This document shows positions 50,224 to 63,999 of a stretch of DNA of 64,000 bases, piece after piece (position 1 is the first letter of the stretch; every line of letters begins with the position of its first letter). Source of the stretch: Epithemia pelagica (taxonomy: Eukaryota; Protista; Bacillariophyta); assembly GCA_946965045.2 (NCBI GenBank), contig OX337234.1:930001-994000 (forward strand), written 5' to 3'. The notes below the pieces were generated by a model. The model was given only the letters and a program-made list of their open reading frames with translations, was not told the origin of the DNA and did no database searches. The position numbers and the translations under genes are program-made.

Positions 50224-51500
50224 TAGTTGTGGGTCGAAAAGAGATTTCCGCTGTTGCGCACAAAATGGAACAGGACGTCAGTCTGTGTTTCAGCAACTTC
50301 CAAAAGATAGGGCATTTGCTCGCGTTGCAGAGAGGGTACAAATCGGCGGTTGGCCCTGTTTGCACGCAAGTAAAACTCCACCTTTTTCCATGATGTCAGA
50401 CACACTGCACCACGTTTCCGTTGTCGGTCAAGAAAAGTGGACATGCGGTCCAGAACATTGAGAAGCGTTGTATTGGATTCCAGGGATTCCAACATTGCAC
50501 TCCCGCAAGCTTCAAGTTCGTTCCCATCCATGGATATGGACGTCAAAGTGTTGTTTCTCCTTAGAGACTTAGCGACAGCCTCGCAGTCACGTTCCTTCAC
50601 TTTGGTATCAACCAAACATAGCTTTCGGAGTGTCGCATTTTTGCAACTCAGGAGCTGCGCAAGCGATTGACCACTGCCGTTGCCAAGAGGGTTACGTGAA
50701 AGGAAGAGACTTTTCAGCGTTTCGTTAAACAACAGACCTCGCGAAACCAGAATCTCCATTGCGTTACTGTCAAGGCGATTGTGGCGAAGTGAAAGTTCCG
50801 TTACTGATCTATTACGGCGCAAGAAATCAGCAACCTCAGGTGCTCTTGATGAATCTAGATTCAATCCCTCCATATGAAGACTTGTGAGAGTTCTGTTGCA
50901 TGAGACAGAAACGAGTAATCTCTTGATATTTTCCGGAATTAGCTCAATATCAATCAAGCTGAGGGATTTAAGAGAGCGAGTTAAGAAGATAGCTCCCATG
51001 ATTGAGAGCCATCCTTCCGGATCAATCTGGACATTGTTTAATGCGATAGTGTGTAGTACCGAGCTTTCTCGAATCAAGTCGCTTAGCTTTTGACATGCCC
51101 CCAGGTTCAGTGCAACTTTTGTCAGTGAAAGCCTTTCAAGGTTAAGATTTGAAAAGAGTGTCTCGGGGATCTCATAGATGCCTCGGTCGGTCGAGAGGTT
51201 CCTGATCATTGTGACTCGAAGGCCCTTGTTTCGATCGACAGCTTTGGTCAGTTCCTCATGTGTAGTACTAGTCAGTTTGGCATTCTGAAAAACAAGCGAC
51301 GAGACTGAAGTATTTACACTCAATGACCGAAACAGTCGCTGCGCTGTTTCTTCTCGAATTGAAGCCTGGTGCCAACCAGAGCCATCAATATACAAAGGCT
51401 TGGTCCATGTATTGTTCTGGAGCGCCATATCGGCTTCGTCTACCCATTTCAAATCGGACGAAGTGCTCGCCACGCCGTGCCAGAATGTATAACGCAACAT
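50193..51500 (-). CDS. RNI-like leucine-rich-repeat protein (diatom-expanded type), C-terminus altered by the insert
   Basis: LRR units LSLRHNRL, LFLSRNPLG, ISMDGNEL; C-terminal FYLRANRANRR...VLFHFVR. The original tail survives as ORF 49616-49894. Confidence 0.85.
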   Translation of the reverse strand: MLRYTFWHGVASTSSDLKWVDEADMALQNNTWTKPLYIDGSGWHQASIREETAQRLFRSLSVNTSVSSLVFQNAKLTSTTHEELTKAVDRNKGLRVTMIRNLSTDRGIYEIPETLFSNLNLERLSLTKVALNLGACQKLSDLIRESSVLHTIALNNVQIDPEGWLSIMGAIFLTRSLKSLSLIDIELIPENIKRLLVSVSCNRTLTSLHMEGLNLDSSRAPEVADFLRRNRSVTELSLRHNRLDSNAMEILVSRGLLFNETLKSLFLSRNPLGNGSGQSLAQLLSCKNATLRKLCLVDTKVKERDCEAVAKSLRRNNTLTSISMDGNELEACGSAMLESLESNTTLLNVLDRMSTFLDRQRKRGAVCLTSWKKVEFYLRANRANRRFVPSLQREQMPYLLEVAETQTDVLFHFVRNSGNLFSTHNYYLLKGGYRA

Positions 51501-53440
51501 GACCTGCGTTGATTTGAGTTTCAGTCGATCGACTCTTTTTATGAGATCGCTGGCAAGTCGAAGGTTTCAGGACACGGTTTTGAGAGGTGATTCTGCATCA
51601 TTGACTCACTTGTGCGAACCAGCTATGTTCGGATTTGTCCTTGGGAAAACCCCGATCAAAACCAGCTCATAACAAGAGATATAGCAGTTCATTTAGCTCT
51701 AGGGAGTACTTCTTTTTCCTTTTAGGAGTAGTATTATTTTCTTTTCTACAATATATCTTAACCCGGGAATACTACCTAGTGATCGTGATTTAATTCCTAT
51801 CTGTATATTCGAATATCAGCAATCCTAGATACTCTAGCTAGAGTGGGTACTGTTGTAAGTTGTAAGAGGTAACTCGTAGTCATAGTAGAGTACTCTTACG
51901 AATACGAACCGATTCAACAAAGAGATCGGCAATAACGAGGAACTGTCACCTGTCCCCATGGTCCCTACCGAAAAACAACACTCCTTTGAGGGTACTCGGT
52001 ACTCGTCGTAACTAGTAACTAGTAACTCATCACTCATAATTACTCTAGAATGACTAATGATTGAGTCTCGGAAATCCAGCAGGGAGTAGGGAGTGCACAT
52101 AATAAGAGTAGGAGTAGCCGTACTATTATGATGTTTTGACTTTTGACAGGACTACTGACAAGAAACTACTCCATTAATAATAATATTGCCTCCTCTCATC
52201 CCTATGTCCACCATCCACCACAAAACTCCCAATTCGTGATTCATCTCACTGATCATACGGATACCCAGCGTTGTTCAATGTTCAGGACTAGTAAGGAACA
52301 AATTTGAGATCACTCCTAGGGGACTAGGGAGTACAATTTACACGACTAGATGGATCCGGGATACAGCGCATCATAACAATTAATAGTATTGCTTTAGCTC
52401 GGAAGTGGCAAAGGTTCGGCAGTTCCTAGTTCCTCATCGGTAATCGGTAATCGGTAATCGATCGGCACCAATCATCATGGCCAATATATCAACCATAATA
52501 AATAAACCATAATATTATTACGACAGGATTTCAGTTCATTTCCTTCCATAGACATGGATGCCATCTACTCCTGTCTTCGGCCAAAGTTAATGACTATCGA
52601 CACAACTGGTTCTCCGTACTATTTTCTTGTCTTCTTCTATAAGCCAAAACATTAACAACAGGACATTTCCTTAGACATGGATACCATGTAAATACGTGCT
52701 GCCCGAGAGACAAAGTTGTTGGGGAGACAGTCATCACACTACTGGTAGCTGGAAAGGGATCGGTGGCAGAAAGAGATCCACTTTTACATCAAGTATCAAG
52801 TCGCTTTGGCAAGAGCAGAATCTGATCTATGCTTTAAGTGGAAGCACTACAAGATGAATTGGTCAGAGCAAACAAAGGTGAATCAGTTCCTCCCATCATC
52901 AAGGAAGAAGCAGTCTATGAAACAGTCCAAGATGATGAGATAGATTCTGTCCTAGTAGAACCAAGTCCTCCCATGCCCTCACAACCAAGACATCACTCAG
53001 GCTGACCTATCAATGCACCAAGAGTTCTGTCAAATGGCACCAAAGTATGGATCAAGAACTGATTCAAGCTTGCCTGACTTCCCACAAGAACAAACCTAGA
53101 TGGTCAAGTAGTGAGAAGTGGTTCCTTCCATCACTTTGTTGACATGTAGAACCTATCCACCAGCAACAAAACTGAGTGGTCGTTGAATAGTGAGTATCAC
53201 TATCAGATGCCGAGGCAAGTTGGAGTTTCACCTCAACCTAACACTGTCAGTTAAGGTGGTTGATCCTCTGGACAAGAAAATGATGGACAGCAATGTGGCC
53301 AAGAAAAGTCTAAGGTGTTGACTGAGGTCACCATTCTTGATCAAACACAAAATTTTAGCAATGAGCCAACCCTCACTGACTGCACCTTTGATTATCTGGA
53401 GGATCTGTTGCCCAACAGGTACCACAAAATGTTGAGAATA

Positions 53441-53900
53441 CATCTAAGGAGGAAAAACAGGCCTTTCCGCATTATTTTTCAGTATGATAGTGCATTAAAG
53501 GGCATATTATTTCCAAATAATGCACATATTTCCAAATAAGGTGCTGTGCCTCCCCTTGTTAATGCGCCCACTAGAGCTAGAAAGTGCATCCTTTGCCATC
53601 ATGCAGAAGGCACCCTCTGCCTTTGTCACATGCCTAGTCAGTCTATCCATCACTTACTACAAAAAATGTGGCCATACAAATCATGACCTCAGCTGCCAGA
53701 AACTCTGACACAGTCTGATGTCTCAGAGAATCTCTGAGACAATCTCATCCACAACACTGCTAGAACTGCTGAGAATCAATACTCCATACAAGAAAAATTA
53801 ACAAGTTCCTAGTACGACCCAGCAAGCAACAACCAACCACCATACTCATTCATCTCCCTCCACCTGATCCTCACTTTTGCTGCTGCTCACAACAACCAAA
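53441..53900 (+). mobile_element. Old left-end remnant of a relative of the Plavaka-like element
   Basis: Starts CATCTAAGGAGGAAAA, like 1225. CAGCTGCCAGAAA.CTGAC.CA...GATGTC at ~53690 matches ~1628. CpG-depleted; no partner TIR seen. Confidence 0.65.
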
Positions 53901-54956
53901 AACACAAGAGCTACAACAACAATCTTGACGCAAAGACCCTTAAAAAGAGACACCTACAAATAAACAGATGATTACAATGGTTTGGATGTAATGCTGCACA
54001 TCATCTGGAGTCATGGCTTTATTGAGGCACAAGGAATCAATCAATGGTGTGGTGCTTCATAAAGATATTCAGAGCACCATTCTGCTGTTGGAGAAAAACA
54101 GTAGAAAGTCAAATTCAATACAGACCAAGTATATGAACACATAGTATTTCTTTGGGACTGATTGAATCAAGCAAAGGAACTATATGTGGAATACTGCCCA
54201 ACAGAGGAAATGGTCTTCCATGCAGTCAACCCATCTATTTGGTAAGTTAATGGGAGTCGTGGTGCATTGATATACTTTCAATTGAATTCCTTGCCGTGAG
54301 ATTATAGATTATCAAGTATTCCCAGATCCAGTCACTCTGCAAGAAACACAAGGACTTTTTGCCCCATTGTTTGACTTCTTGTAAATATGGAGTGGCAACA
54401 GGGCACGGAAGTCATACATCATGTCCATCAAACTCATTCCCTTGTGATAAGCCTCTTTTCACCATTAGGAGATTTTGCTTTGGTCTCTCTAGAGTCGAAA
54501 ATGGGGGGGAGAAGGCAGAGGAGAGGGGGAGAGGAGGGGGAGAGAGAAGGAGAGAAGAAGGAGATTCCGTAAGTCAGATTCCTTCATGAAATCGATCCGC
54601 GTATTGCTCGCAGTCTCACATTTGTTTCCTCTGACGTATGAAATGTTCTAGGAAGCTCCAAACTTCCCTCAGAGGGGAGAAGGCACTTCCCCTCCAAAAC
54701 GATTAAGCCCTTCATGTCGTTTCAGCACCTTTTTGTTATTGAAACGACATTCTACACTGGTACAATCCTCCCGACCATCCAATGACCTTTCACGTGGTTC
54801 TACGTAGCATGTGATGAGGCGTATCCAGTCTGTGCTTTGCATCACAATCGGAACTGCTTGCACCTCGCACAAGATCTTGTCATAATTTTTTTTGCTACGA
54901 TGTTACTCACTACGAATTTTTCTTTTTGTTGTTTGTCATGCAGGTATTCAGGTCAA

Positions 54957-57900
54957 TCAAGAGAATGAAGATGGTGCCTTGTTCAAGGCTCGTTTGGGGC
55001 AGCGTCGGTCATGGGGTGGACGTCCTTTCCCTCGTTCTACGCAGTACTTCATGTACTTGACGCAACAGAACTGGGTTTGGACACGAGGTGGTGGTCCGAA
55101 GGGAGGAAAGGTGGGCATGCATCTTGGGACGGATTGAAGACCACCCCAGCCATGGGGATTGCTGTGGAATGCAAAGGGGTATTGCTGTTGATCGGGGAGT
55201 GTTGTTGGCCGTTGCTGATTTTGCTTGTACGGGTTGACAGGTTGGTTTTTCTGTCTTGTTGTCGTTGTTGTTGTTGCTGATTGCAGTACCACCAACCCAT
55301 TTGCTGTTGTTGCCATTGCAGGTGTGCTGTTTGCTGCATTTTGAGGCTCTTTGTGTTGTTGTTGTTGATCCTGCACTGTCGCTGCTGATTGATTTGTTGC
55401 TGCCATCGTTGTTGTTGGTAAGGCTTCGCTGTTGTTTGTAACCTTTTGCTTTTTGTTGCTGGTGTTGTTCTCATCCAAATCGTTGCTCTCTTTTTCTTCT
55501 CCCTCTCTTTCCTTTCTCTTATTGCTACTGATTGCCTGTGCTTGTGCTGTTTCTTGTCGTTGTGTCTGTTGTTGTGTTTCTTGCCGTGTCTGTTGTTGTG
55601 TTTCTGGCTGTGTCTGTGGTTGTTGTATTTTGGCTGGATTCTCCTCGCTGTCCTGTTGTTGGATTTCATCTTCGACCTCTGACTCCTCCTCTGCCAAACC
55701 CAGCAATGGAATGGACGTGTCATGCGGCAACCTCTTCTTGTTGCTCACACATTTTCGGCACTGGCATCGATCGTTGAGTGGATGCTTTGGAACTTGTTGC
55801 GTGATTTCTTTTCTCGTTTCCAGGTACTCGGAGAAAAACCGTTCTCCCGCATCTTCTGGAAGCTTCTCAACCTCTGGAAAGGGAGGACGAGAAGCTCCAG
55901 ACATCGAGGCAAGTATATTGATCATGTTTGTTTTGCATGCGTTACCAAAACTCACCACCATTTCCCATCCTGCAGGCACCACTGAACGTTCTTCTTGAGA
56001 CTTCGTCATGATTCTCATCTTGTGACGCATTACCCTGTTATACTGGGCCGTGCCTGCCAAATTCAAAGCATCTGCGAGAGTTTCTCGCATGCCACAGTTG
56101 GCAAAATGCGTCAAATTATCATGAAAGCTCTCGAGCTTACTCTCTCCTCTCAAAGGTACGTACTCCACTAGCTGGTTGCTTGATCTTGGTGATGGAGGTA
56201 TCTCACGATACATTTTCTCCACGGGCAATGGATCAGCAAGGAACTTTGCCTTCTCTTTACAGTTTTCCAGTGCTTGATGTGTTTCGGCCGTAAAAAGAGG
56301 TTGATTGGAGTGTGGATCCAATCGGCCTCGTGCTGGTGGCTTGCCAGGAGTGGAAGTGCACTTGTATTTGCACTTCCACTCCTCCAACTTGAGGACAATC
56401 GTATCACCACCCCAAATAATCTTCCGTAAGTTCTTTGAGTACCTCTGTCGAAAGGTCTTGGTTCCCATCATTTCACTGATCTCTTCGTCTGTGTATTGTT
56501 TCTTGGAGCTTGACATGGTTCCATTTTTCAAACAACCAACAAGTTTCTCCAAGTCTTCAGGATGGTACTCCTAGATCGCATCCAACAAATCCTTCATGGC
56601 TATCCCAAAGTCAATGTGCCGTTGTCTGAGCGTCTTGGTTATCCTCTGTATGAAATGGAAAAGGCCAAGACGGCCCTCCAAGTCATCAACCAACAACAAC
56701 CAAAAATCCTTGCCACAAGGCCATGTGTCAGAGTACATGGCCTTGGGGCAAAACCCGGTACGTCTCAGCACTTGTTCCGCAGCATGTGCAAACTCGAGTG
56801 CTGATGTGTCGTTCACTAACACTGCACAAGCAATTTCTCCTGCCTCTGTTGCCATGGTCCACATTGCAGCTGCATTGAGGCGTCTTGGATAATTTTTCAC
56901 TACCTGGTGGGTGTGGTCGTGAGCAAACATGTGCTGGCATCTAACCCCTTGAATCTCTCTTGTGTTTCTCTCATTGTCAGACACCATCCAGGGTTGCCAT
57001 TCGGAGCTTGCTCCATCGTCATATAGCTGGCGGATTGTCTCGCCTAAAGGTGGGTAGCGAACCAGAAACTCACCATCCTTTTGCATGTAGTCTTCTGATT
57101 CTTTTCCTGTAGCAGCACAATAAGAATAGTAGTACCTCATTGTCTTGTCTTCATAGCAGGTGTTGATTCCTTCATATAGCATCCGACTGATGTAATCCCC
57201 ATTGCCATAGGTTACCATTGATGCTTCCATTATCCTCGTAGCATCTTTAGCTAGATGCGATGTTCCTCTAGCATACTTGGGTTCCACTGGGTAACACATA
57301 GCCATGTAGGGAGGCAGTCGTGCGAGCAATTCTCCATCATTTGCATAGAAGGCAGCCGAGCACCCGGCACGCTTGTATCCCATAAGTATTGCATACTTTG
57401 GGGGACCAGACATGGCGAAAATGGGGAAAAGGGACTTGTTTTTTGAAAAGTTCGATCGCGTACGCTGGAGATTACCCCGGCAACGAGGACAACGCAAGTG
57501 GTTAGTGGGGAAAAACAGCTCCCAATCAACAACCAGGAGTTCCTGTCCCACAATCGAGTCGTACAAAGCACTCGTGTTGTCGGCAATGGGGGGTACAGTA
57601 ACGGTCATATTAGTGAAGAAAGGTTTCAAATTCTCAACACAACGCTTAGAACCAAGGCACGTGTCGGTCACATAACTCGCCAACGCATGCACAGCACGTG
57701 GGACATGCACCTCCGTAGGTACTGCTGTCACACGCGTAATTACCTCAAACTTGAAATCTTCGGCTGTTGGAACATACGCGCCTTCCTCGCCACCAACGGT
57801 AGAACTTTCCGTTGCCGTAGTCTCCGTAGTTGATTGTGTTTTTTTTTCATTTTCAGCGTCTCTTGTCGTTGCTTTTTTCGACGAGCAATTGGAACGATGT

Positions 57901-58295
57901 TCCATGAAAGTGTTGAGTGCCTCCTGTGTGACATTGGAGGCGGACAATCTCTCTGCACTGGTAAGTTGCTTGCGGATTGCTTTGGCATGGGCAGCCTGGG
58001 CCTTTTCTGAGGCCACTACCTCTGCTCCTCTTCCATCGTTCATTCCCTTGCCCCTTGTTGTTGTGTTTTTGCTGCATCTGGGGTGGTGAGGGCGATGAGG
58101 GATGGCCATTCCTCTTGCCTTGGCCCTGCAGATGGGGCAGTCGATGTCGGACTCAAAGATGACCGAAAGGTCCATCTTTCTCCAACCTGAACGCTTCTTC
58201 CAACTCTTCTTTGGCCAACGAGAGTACTGATTTCCGTATCGTTGCGACTGTGGCCCCATGGCCTTGGCCGCTGTGAATTGTGCTGCAGAACTCAT
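54957..58295 (-). pseudogene. Second, diverged Mutator-like DDE transposase with one in-frame stop
   Basis: AHDHT, MYSDTWP, GLFHFIQRI, GESKLESFH. N-terminal CPIC..PHRPHHPRC and C-terminal CC..GRPPH..CP. TAG at 56571-56573 splits one reading frame. Confidence 0.8.
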
Positions 58296-59378
58296 GATCT
58301 CTATTTGTTATTCTAACTTATTGAAGTGTATCCTCTTTTCCAGGCTTCTGACCATGCTCAAAAGGGTCATGAGATGGTCAGAAGAGGACTTGTTGCAATG
58401 GTCGACTTGGCCATGCCATGGGCGACCGTGAAGGACCGACCGGATTGGCTGATGGAATCTTCCCTCCATGTTTTTTGTCCGTGATTCGATGGGTTCCCGG
58501 GACACGGTAAGACACTTGTAACGACATTTGTTTCCTAAGTGATTTTTTGTGAAACGACATTTCTAACCCAATCATATTGCTGCCTTTTGAAACAAACACC
58601 CCTTCCACAGTCTACAGGGCAACAAAGCATGTGCTTTCAGAAAAGTGGCTTGTCCCACCTAGCTAGTAGATCTAGAGGGACATGAGCATCTACAATAATA
58701 TGTAGTTCAGTCCTGAGGACTGAGGACTGAGGACCACTTCGGAACTCTCTCCCAAGTCTCAATTCCGTCTTTCTGCCATGAGGACCTATGCCCCATAGAA
58801 GCAACTATTGCCCCTCGACGTGCGTTGACGTCGGATCACGAACCCCATACCCCGTCCAACGCGTCATCGGTCATCGATTATTTAACATGGGTGTTGCCCT
58901 TGAAGGCCCAAAGGTGGGGGAGGGTGGTGCCCGTCTTTTTTGCAGCGTGGTTATGGAGCACGGAGGGACATGGAGCATCCAAAATCAAAAGAAAGATCGT
59001 TCATTACGAGCAGCTCCACTCCCAACTTTTTCACTCACACGTGCCTTTTGGCCCAAAACGAGCATGCCCTCCCCACCAGTGATTGGCACGCGCCCATAAG
59101 TAGAGCAGACAATCAATCCCATTCGGACAATTCTAATTTCTTAACGATTTATTAAATTCCGAAATGACATGTCTCGATCTCTTTCACATTCTTGACTGCT
59201 AGTAACCATTCGGAAGTTGAAATCACAATCTACAAGAGCCATTGGACGATGCATGCCAATGTGTTACTCTTGTCCATTGAACAACGATACCAAGACAACA
59301 GCTGACCTGAATCAAGCCACACTTGTTCCAATTACAACACAAGAACAATCAAACAATCGCTGATGCTAAGGTGCCATC

Positions 59379-61100
59379 ATGCCGCAAGAAGGGCCCATCT
59401 ATGTCCCTCACTTTGACGATGTATTTCGTATGAACACCTTTATGCACGTCAAGCTTTCCGATCAAGACAACAACACAACAACTGTTTGTCAATTGATTAA
59501 ACACCAGGGAGCAGTGTGTCTGCGACTTTACTACCCGCTATTCCCAAAGCACAACCTCAAATGCCACCCATCCGTTCCCTCTCACTCATTCTCCAAGGTG
59601 ACCGAGGGCCCTGGTTCGAATAACATTGAACTATACAAGTCCGATCGTTGGTTTCCTGCGCACGATCTTTTCAGACAGAATATCAAGATCAGATACCCGG
59701 CTTTTGTTTTTACCTTGGAGGAGTTCATCGATCCTGCTAATAGTTGGGCAAACGGTCTCACCAACGTTTACATATGCCGATACAAGGAACCTGCAAGGTT
59801 ACTTCAAGACCCACCCAATCGATCTCTCATCCCCTTGCAGCCCAACAAAATTTGCTGCTTCCCTATGAACTATCGTCCCGAGAACAACCCCTTCGAACTC
59901 GTCGTTCCCCCTTGATGCTTTCACCGCAATGTGTGGACAGGATTGTTTCTGTTGCGCAAGGGTCTCGCTAAAATCCTCAACAAACGCGGCCGGCAGTCAG
60001 AGGCCCTTGACACTCAGACATTGAACATTGGTGCAATTCCTATGGAAACGTTCAATTACATTTACGTGTTAGCGAACTCTAACGAACCATCCCTTTTTTG
60101 CCATAAAAAGGACAGAAACGAAAGCTTCCTCCACCTCGAACCGGACATGACCCGTAAGAAGTTACGGATGAAGTACGAAGCCGGTACTATCTGCTTCCAA
60201 ACCCCCCAAGACATTGACATTTTGCGGCGTTTGGTTGGTTTGAGCGCGGTTTACGGTTCCTGTGAAGCTCGTCCTACATTGAAGCATGGGGATGCGGGCA
60301 TTTCTCTGAAAAGGGGGCATTTCCTTTCTTTCATCAATACCTCGACTGACCATGTTGAAGAACCTTTCAAGAAACGATCGTGCAGACAACGTGTGGATGT
60401 TTCTTTTTCGAACTTCCAAGTCCAGTTGACTGTCGCATTCGAGCGATACCGTTACGACATGACGCGGTCTGGCATTCTACGAACCACCCCAGAATTGAAG
60501 CACCTCACGAGTCTCCTTATGGTGACACCCTACGATCCGGATGATTTCGATGGTCTAATGCCACCTGCATCCAAGCCCGTCGCCGTAGACAACATCAATG
60601 ATAACGACTCCACCGATGACTTGTCCGAATTCAGTGATAGTCCAAATTCCACAACTCTGTCCCCTGTGAGTCAAAAACCTCGTCGTGAATCTTTCCCCCC
60701 CCCCCGAGTGACGACGGATCCCTTGTAACACGGATCCCTTGTAACACAACAAGAGACAACGACCCACAAGCATGTCAGCAACATGCCAGTCGTTGGTGAT
60801 AAGTTCTTCCAAGATGGCTCTGAATACGAGATTATGTGCACCATTCCACCCTGCGATGTGTCTCGCAACATCTTTCGAGACAAGAAGAACTACTCTCTCT
60901 TTCACTCGCCTGGAGAAAACTTTCCCGAAAGAGTCTACCTCGATCTTGTCGGTCGAGTTGAACCTACGAACAAAGTGACCTATATTTCGATGGTTACTGC
61001 TGGAGCATTGTACGACAAGGATCTCGACGAGGAATGCCAGCCATTGGCTTTTACGGATGACATTGAAGACTTGACCGAGGAAGTCAAGAGCTTCTCGTAG
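59379..61100 (+). pseudogene. Accessory ORF with a BAH-like N-terminal domain, two in-frame stops
   Basis: Three track ORFs share one frame (TGA 59913-59915; TAA 60726-60728 within a 16-bp tandem duplication). ELYKSD...IRYPAFVF..EE...NVYICRY resembles BAH strands. Confidence 0.5.
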
Positions 61101-61167
61101 TAACCAGAATTGAATCTTATAGTTCCATATATCAAACCTACAAACTTTCGTCGTCGTCATAATCAGT

Positions 61168-63999
61168 TTAGTCATCGTCATCTGACGAAGTCGATTCTTT
61201 CAACTTGTTGGAGATGGGTCCTACTTCCCAGTCAAAAATGACTTCCTTCTTTGTCGCGTCGTCTATATCACCGTGCTCATCTGATGTGAATTGACCGAAT
61301 TCCACTGTTCCACCATTCTTCTTCACCCAGGTTTGTAACCACTCTTCCTGTTTCTCATCAAACAACTCCAAGCCGACGTCGATTGATTTCGGTGTGTGTC
61401 CTAACATAAACACCATTTGTCGCTGCAACCACCGTGCCATTGGCTTGAGTCTTGTTCGTTCGCCTTCACCTTTGCTAACAGCCCCACCACGTTGTGTTCT
61501 GTTGTAGAAGAATGACTTGAATGCAGCATTGAAGGCCTCCCATCCCTGTTGGGAATGCGAGCTGATGTTGCCCCAATGAAGAAGGTACTCGGCAACGTGG
61601 CCAGAACCGAGATAGTGGACGTAATTCGTCACTCCCTCGTCCCCATAGAGCATGACCCATTTCTGAAAGAAGGAATCCATATGTCGCTGGAATTGCAATA
61701 TTTCCTCTCGCGACAAATCACCCTTCCTTTTCACGAGATCCATTCCCAAACTGTACTCTTCCATGCTCGTTTTCCATGTTGTATTGTCGTGTTTTTTCGC
61801 GATACATAGATCAATTAGCAGGTCGATGGACTTGATACACTTGCGGATTTACCCATTCTTCATGGAGACCTCTGTGATGGTCTTCGTTTTCTTGTCCATG
61901 GGCACCTCCCATTGCAAGGAGAGATCTGTTGTGCCTAGGATCTCTTTATTTATTGTTGCTCCGACGCGCTTGATAAACGCATCGCATTTCTTCTTCAAGG
62001 ACGTCCTTTGCGTTTTGGGAATCCAATCCAGTCGGTTGTTTTTCGCGTTCATCAAACCCACTTGGAACAAGATGGTTAGTATCTTGATTCCGACACGCAT
62101 TTCCATGTGAAGAATGCATGGAATGGACTCCATGACCATCACAATGCCAGGAGTCACCGACGCAGCACCAAACTTGTCAACGCAGTCCTTGGCATCGAGA
62201 TAGGACCATTCTCGAGAGAGCTGATGCTTGAGTCTGTCCTGTTGTTCCTGCATTGTTCCGGACAGATCCATATGGCGTATTGTAAGGTCGTCCGACAAAT
62301 GTTGAGAGTACATTCGACGACGTTCGATTGTGGCCGCGGCTATGTCGAAATGAATCGATGTCAATGCAGTCTTCTCGATTGGAGTGGCACTGAGTCTCGG
62401 GTCTTCGGTCTGATCAACTTTGATCTTGGACTTTTTCCACAAGGATTCAAGTTTCTTAGAGATCGTTGGCATCTCTTTCTTGAATTGTTTCACCTCCACC
62501 TCGAGTGTACCGATGAATTCCTCGGTACACATAGAGGAATGGTAGCAGTTCCAGTCCCCTAATTCGGTGTAGCCAAGCTCAATACACCATTTGCACTGCT
62601 CCATGGCGGCGTTTGGAGAGGCGAGATGTGCACTGGTGATGTTGCATTTACTACATGGGTACGTAACGTTCTTGGCGGCACCTCCCTTGTCAGACAGTTT
62701 CCAATCGGAACACATGTCTGAATCGAAGGGAGTGCTTATCTTCTCGACCCCGTATTCTGACGGAAGTACTGTATCGCCTGCTTCCTTGTTTTCCTTATGC
62801 ATCATAGCGAAAATGCCACGAGTCGTAGCCTTGGTTTCCTTGCAAAGTATGCAAACCTGAGGGTAAACAGCCATTAAAGACTGTTTAAGAGGGTTGCTTT
62901 CATTGTTGAATTTGAAGCCGCCAAGGGTGTGAGTCAAATTGTTACTTAATCTCGCGGCGTCCATCGACATCGACACCGTTCGGTTGGATTCTTGGGCCTC
63001 GTTCGCGATCATGTCTTGGGTCTCGAGTACATGGGTCATCATGTCCGCTCCGCGGAAAAAGAAGCCCTCAGAATGGTCTTTCAAGTTGCGGATCATCTTG
63101 AAGGGGATGAATGTGTCAGCATATGCTTCCACATGTGATGCATACGCCTTTAATGCTGCGGCCGAAGGAAGGATGGTGTGTATCCCTTTGGCGCCTTTCG
63201 TCTTGCGTCGTCGTAACACCTCCACTCCAGAGTAACTCAAGCGACCACCAGCCAAGTCCATTTGCCGGAGAATTTCAAACGGGGTGAATACATTGGCGCG
63301 CAAATATTTGCCAACTTACTTCACAATGCAGTCTCTTAACTGGTTGTGATGGACACCATCATAAATGAGCATCAAGGCCAGTTGATTGAAGAATGTTGTA
63401 GCACGATGACTGTCGGTACCATGTCGGCTAACGGCCTCTTCGATGACATCCCTGACATGCAGAACGATTGTGTCCGCGTTCTCTTTTTTTGAACATGTTG
63501 TGGGAACATGCATGAGTTTCTTACTTTCTTGTCGACTGGCGAGAATTCTCTCGAGATATCGGATTCGGTCGTACCGAGACTTGCTGTTCTTCCTTTCCGA
63601 CGCAAGAAGACGTTGGAGGCGGACTTTGTCGTTGTTCGCCTTCTCTAATTTGTCACGGAGAGTGGCAATTTGGTCGGTCATCTCAGCTACTGCGAACATT
63701 TGTGACGGTAAGATGGGAGGAGGAAATGGAACTGGTGCAGCGAAGTTCTCTTGGCCTTCCGTATTCTGCGACGTCGTTACAGGCAAAGGCGGAGGGGGCG
63801 AGCCACAACGGGGGGAAACAGTCTTGGTTAAATCAAAAGGGTCGGTTTGACACCATTGGTCTAGGAATTGTATAACTTCTTCGTCAGATGAATCAGAGGA
63901 AGAATCTTCATCAACGTCAGCTTGTTTTTTGGATTCGGAAGGCGCTTGCTTGTATTGAGTTTCTGTTGCAGGTTTGTTGTCGGACCCGACAGAAGTTTG
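61168..63999 (-). pseudogene. RAG1/Transib/Chapaev-like DDE transposase, two in-frame TAA stops, 5' end outside the window
   Basis: One frame open to the window edge except TAA at 63316-63318 and 61849-61851. Motifs SMDAARL, SDMCSDW..GGAAK..YPCSKC, PCILHMEMR, TNYVHYLGSGH, GNISSHSQQGWEAFN. Confidence 0.75.

Noticed and set aside
51600-53440. Genes in this interval
   Set aside because: Only short stop-riddled coding-like remnants (~52800-53400) with no assignable motif. Probably an old TE relic.
58606-59100. RSS-like heptamer CACAGTC (58606) or CACGCG (59087) as the left TIR of the RAG1-like element
   Set aside because: No nonamer at a 12/23 spacing, and the other end lies outside the window. 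It cannot be distinguished from chance.
56571-63318. Stop-codon reassignment or readthrough explaining the many in-frame stops
   Set aside because: All three stop types occur, paralogs show sense codons at equivalent sites, and normal genes end in the same codons. These are ordinary nonsense mutations.
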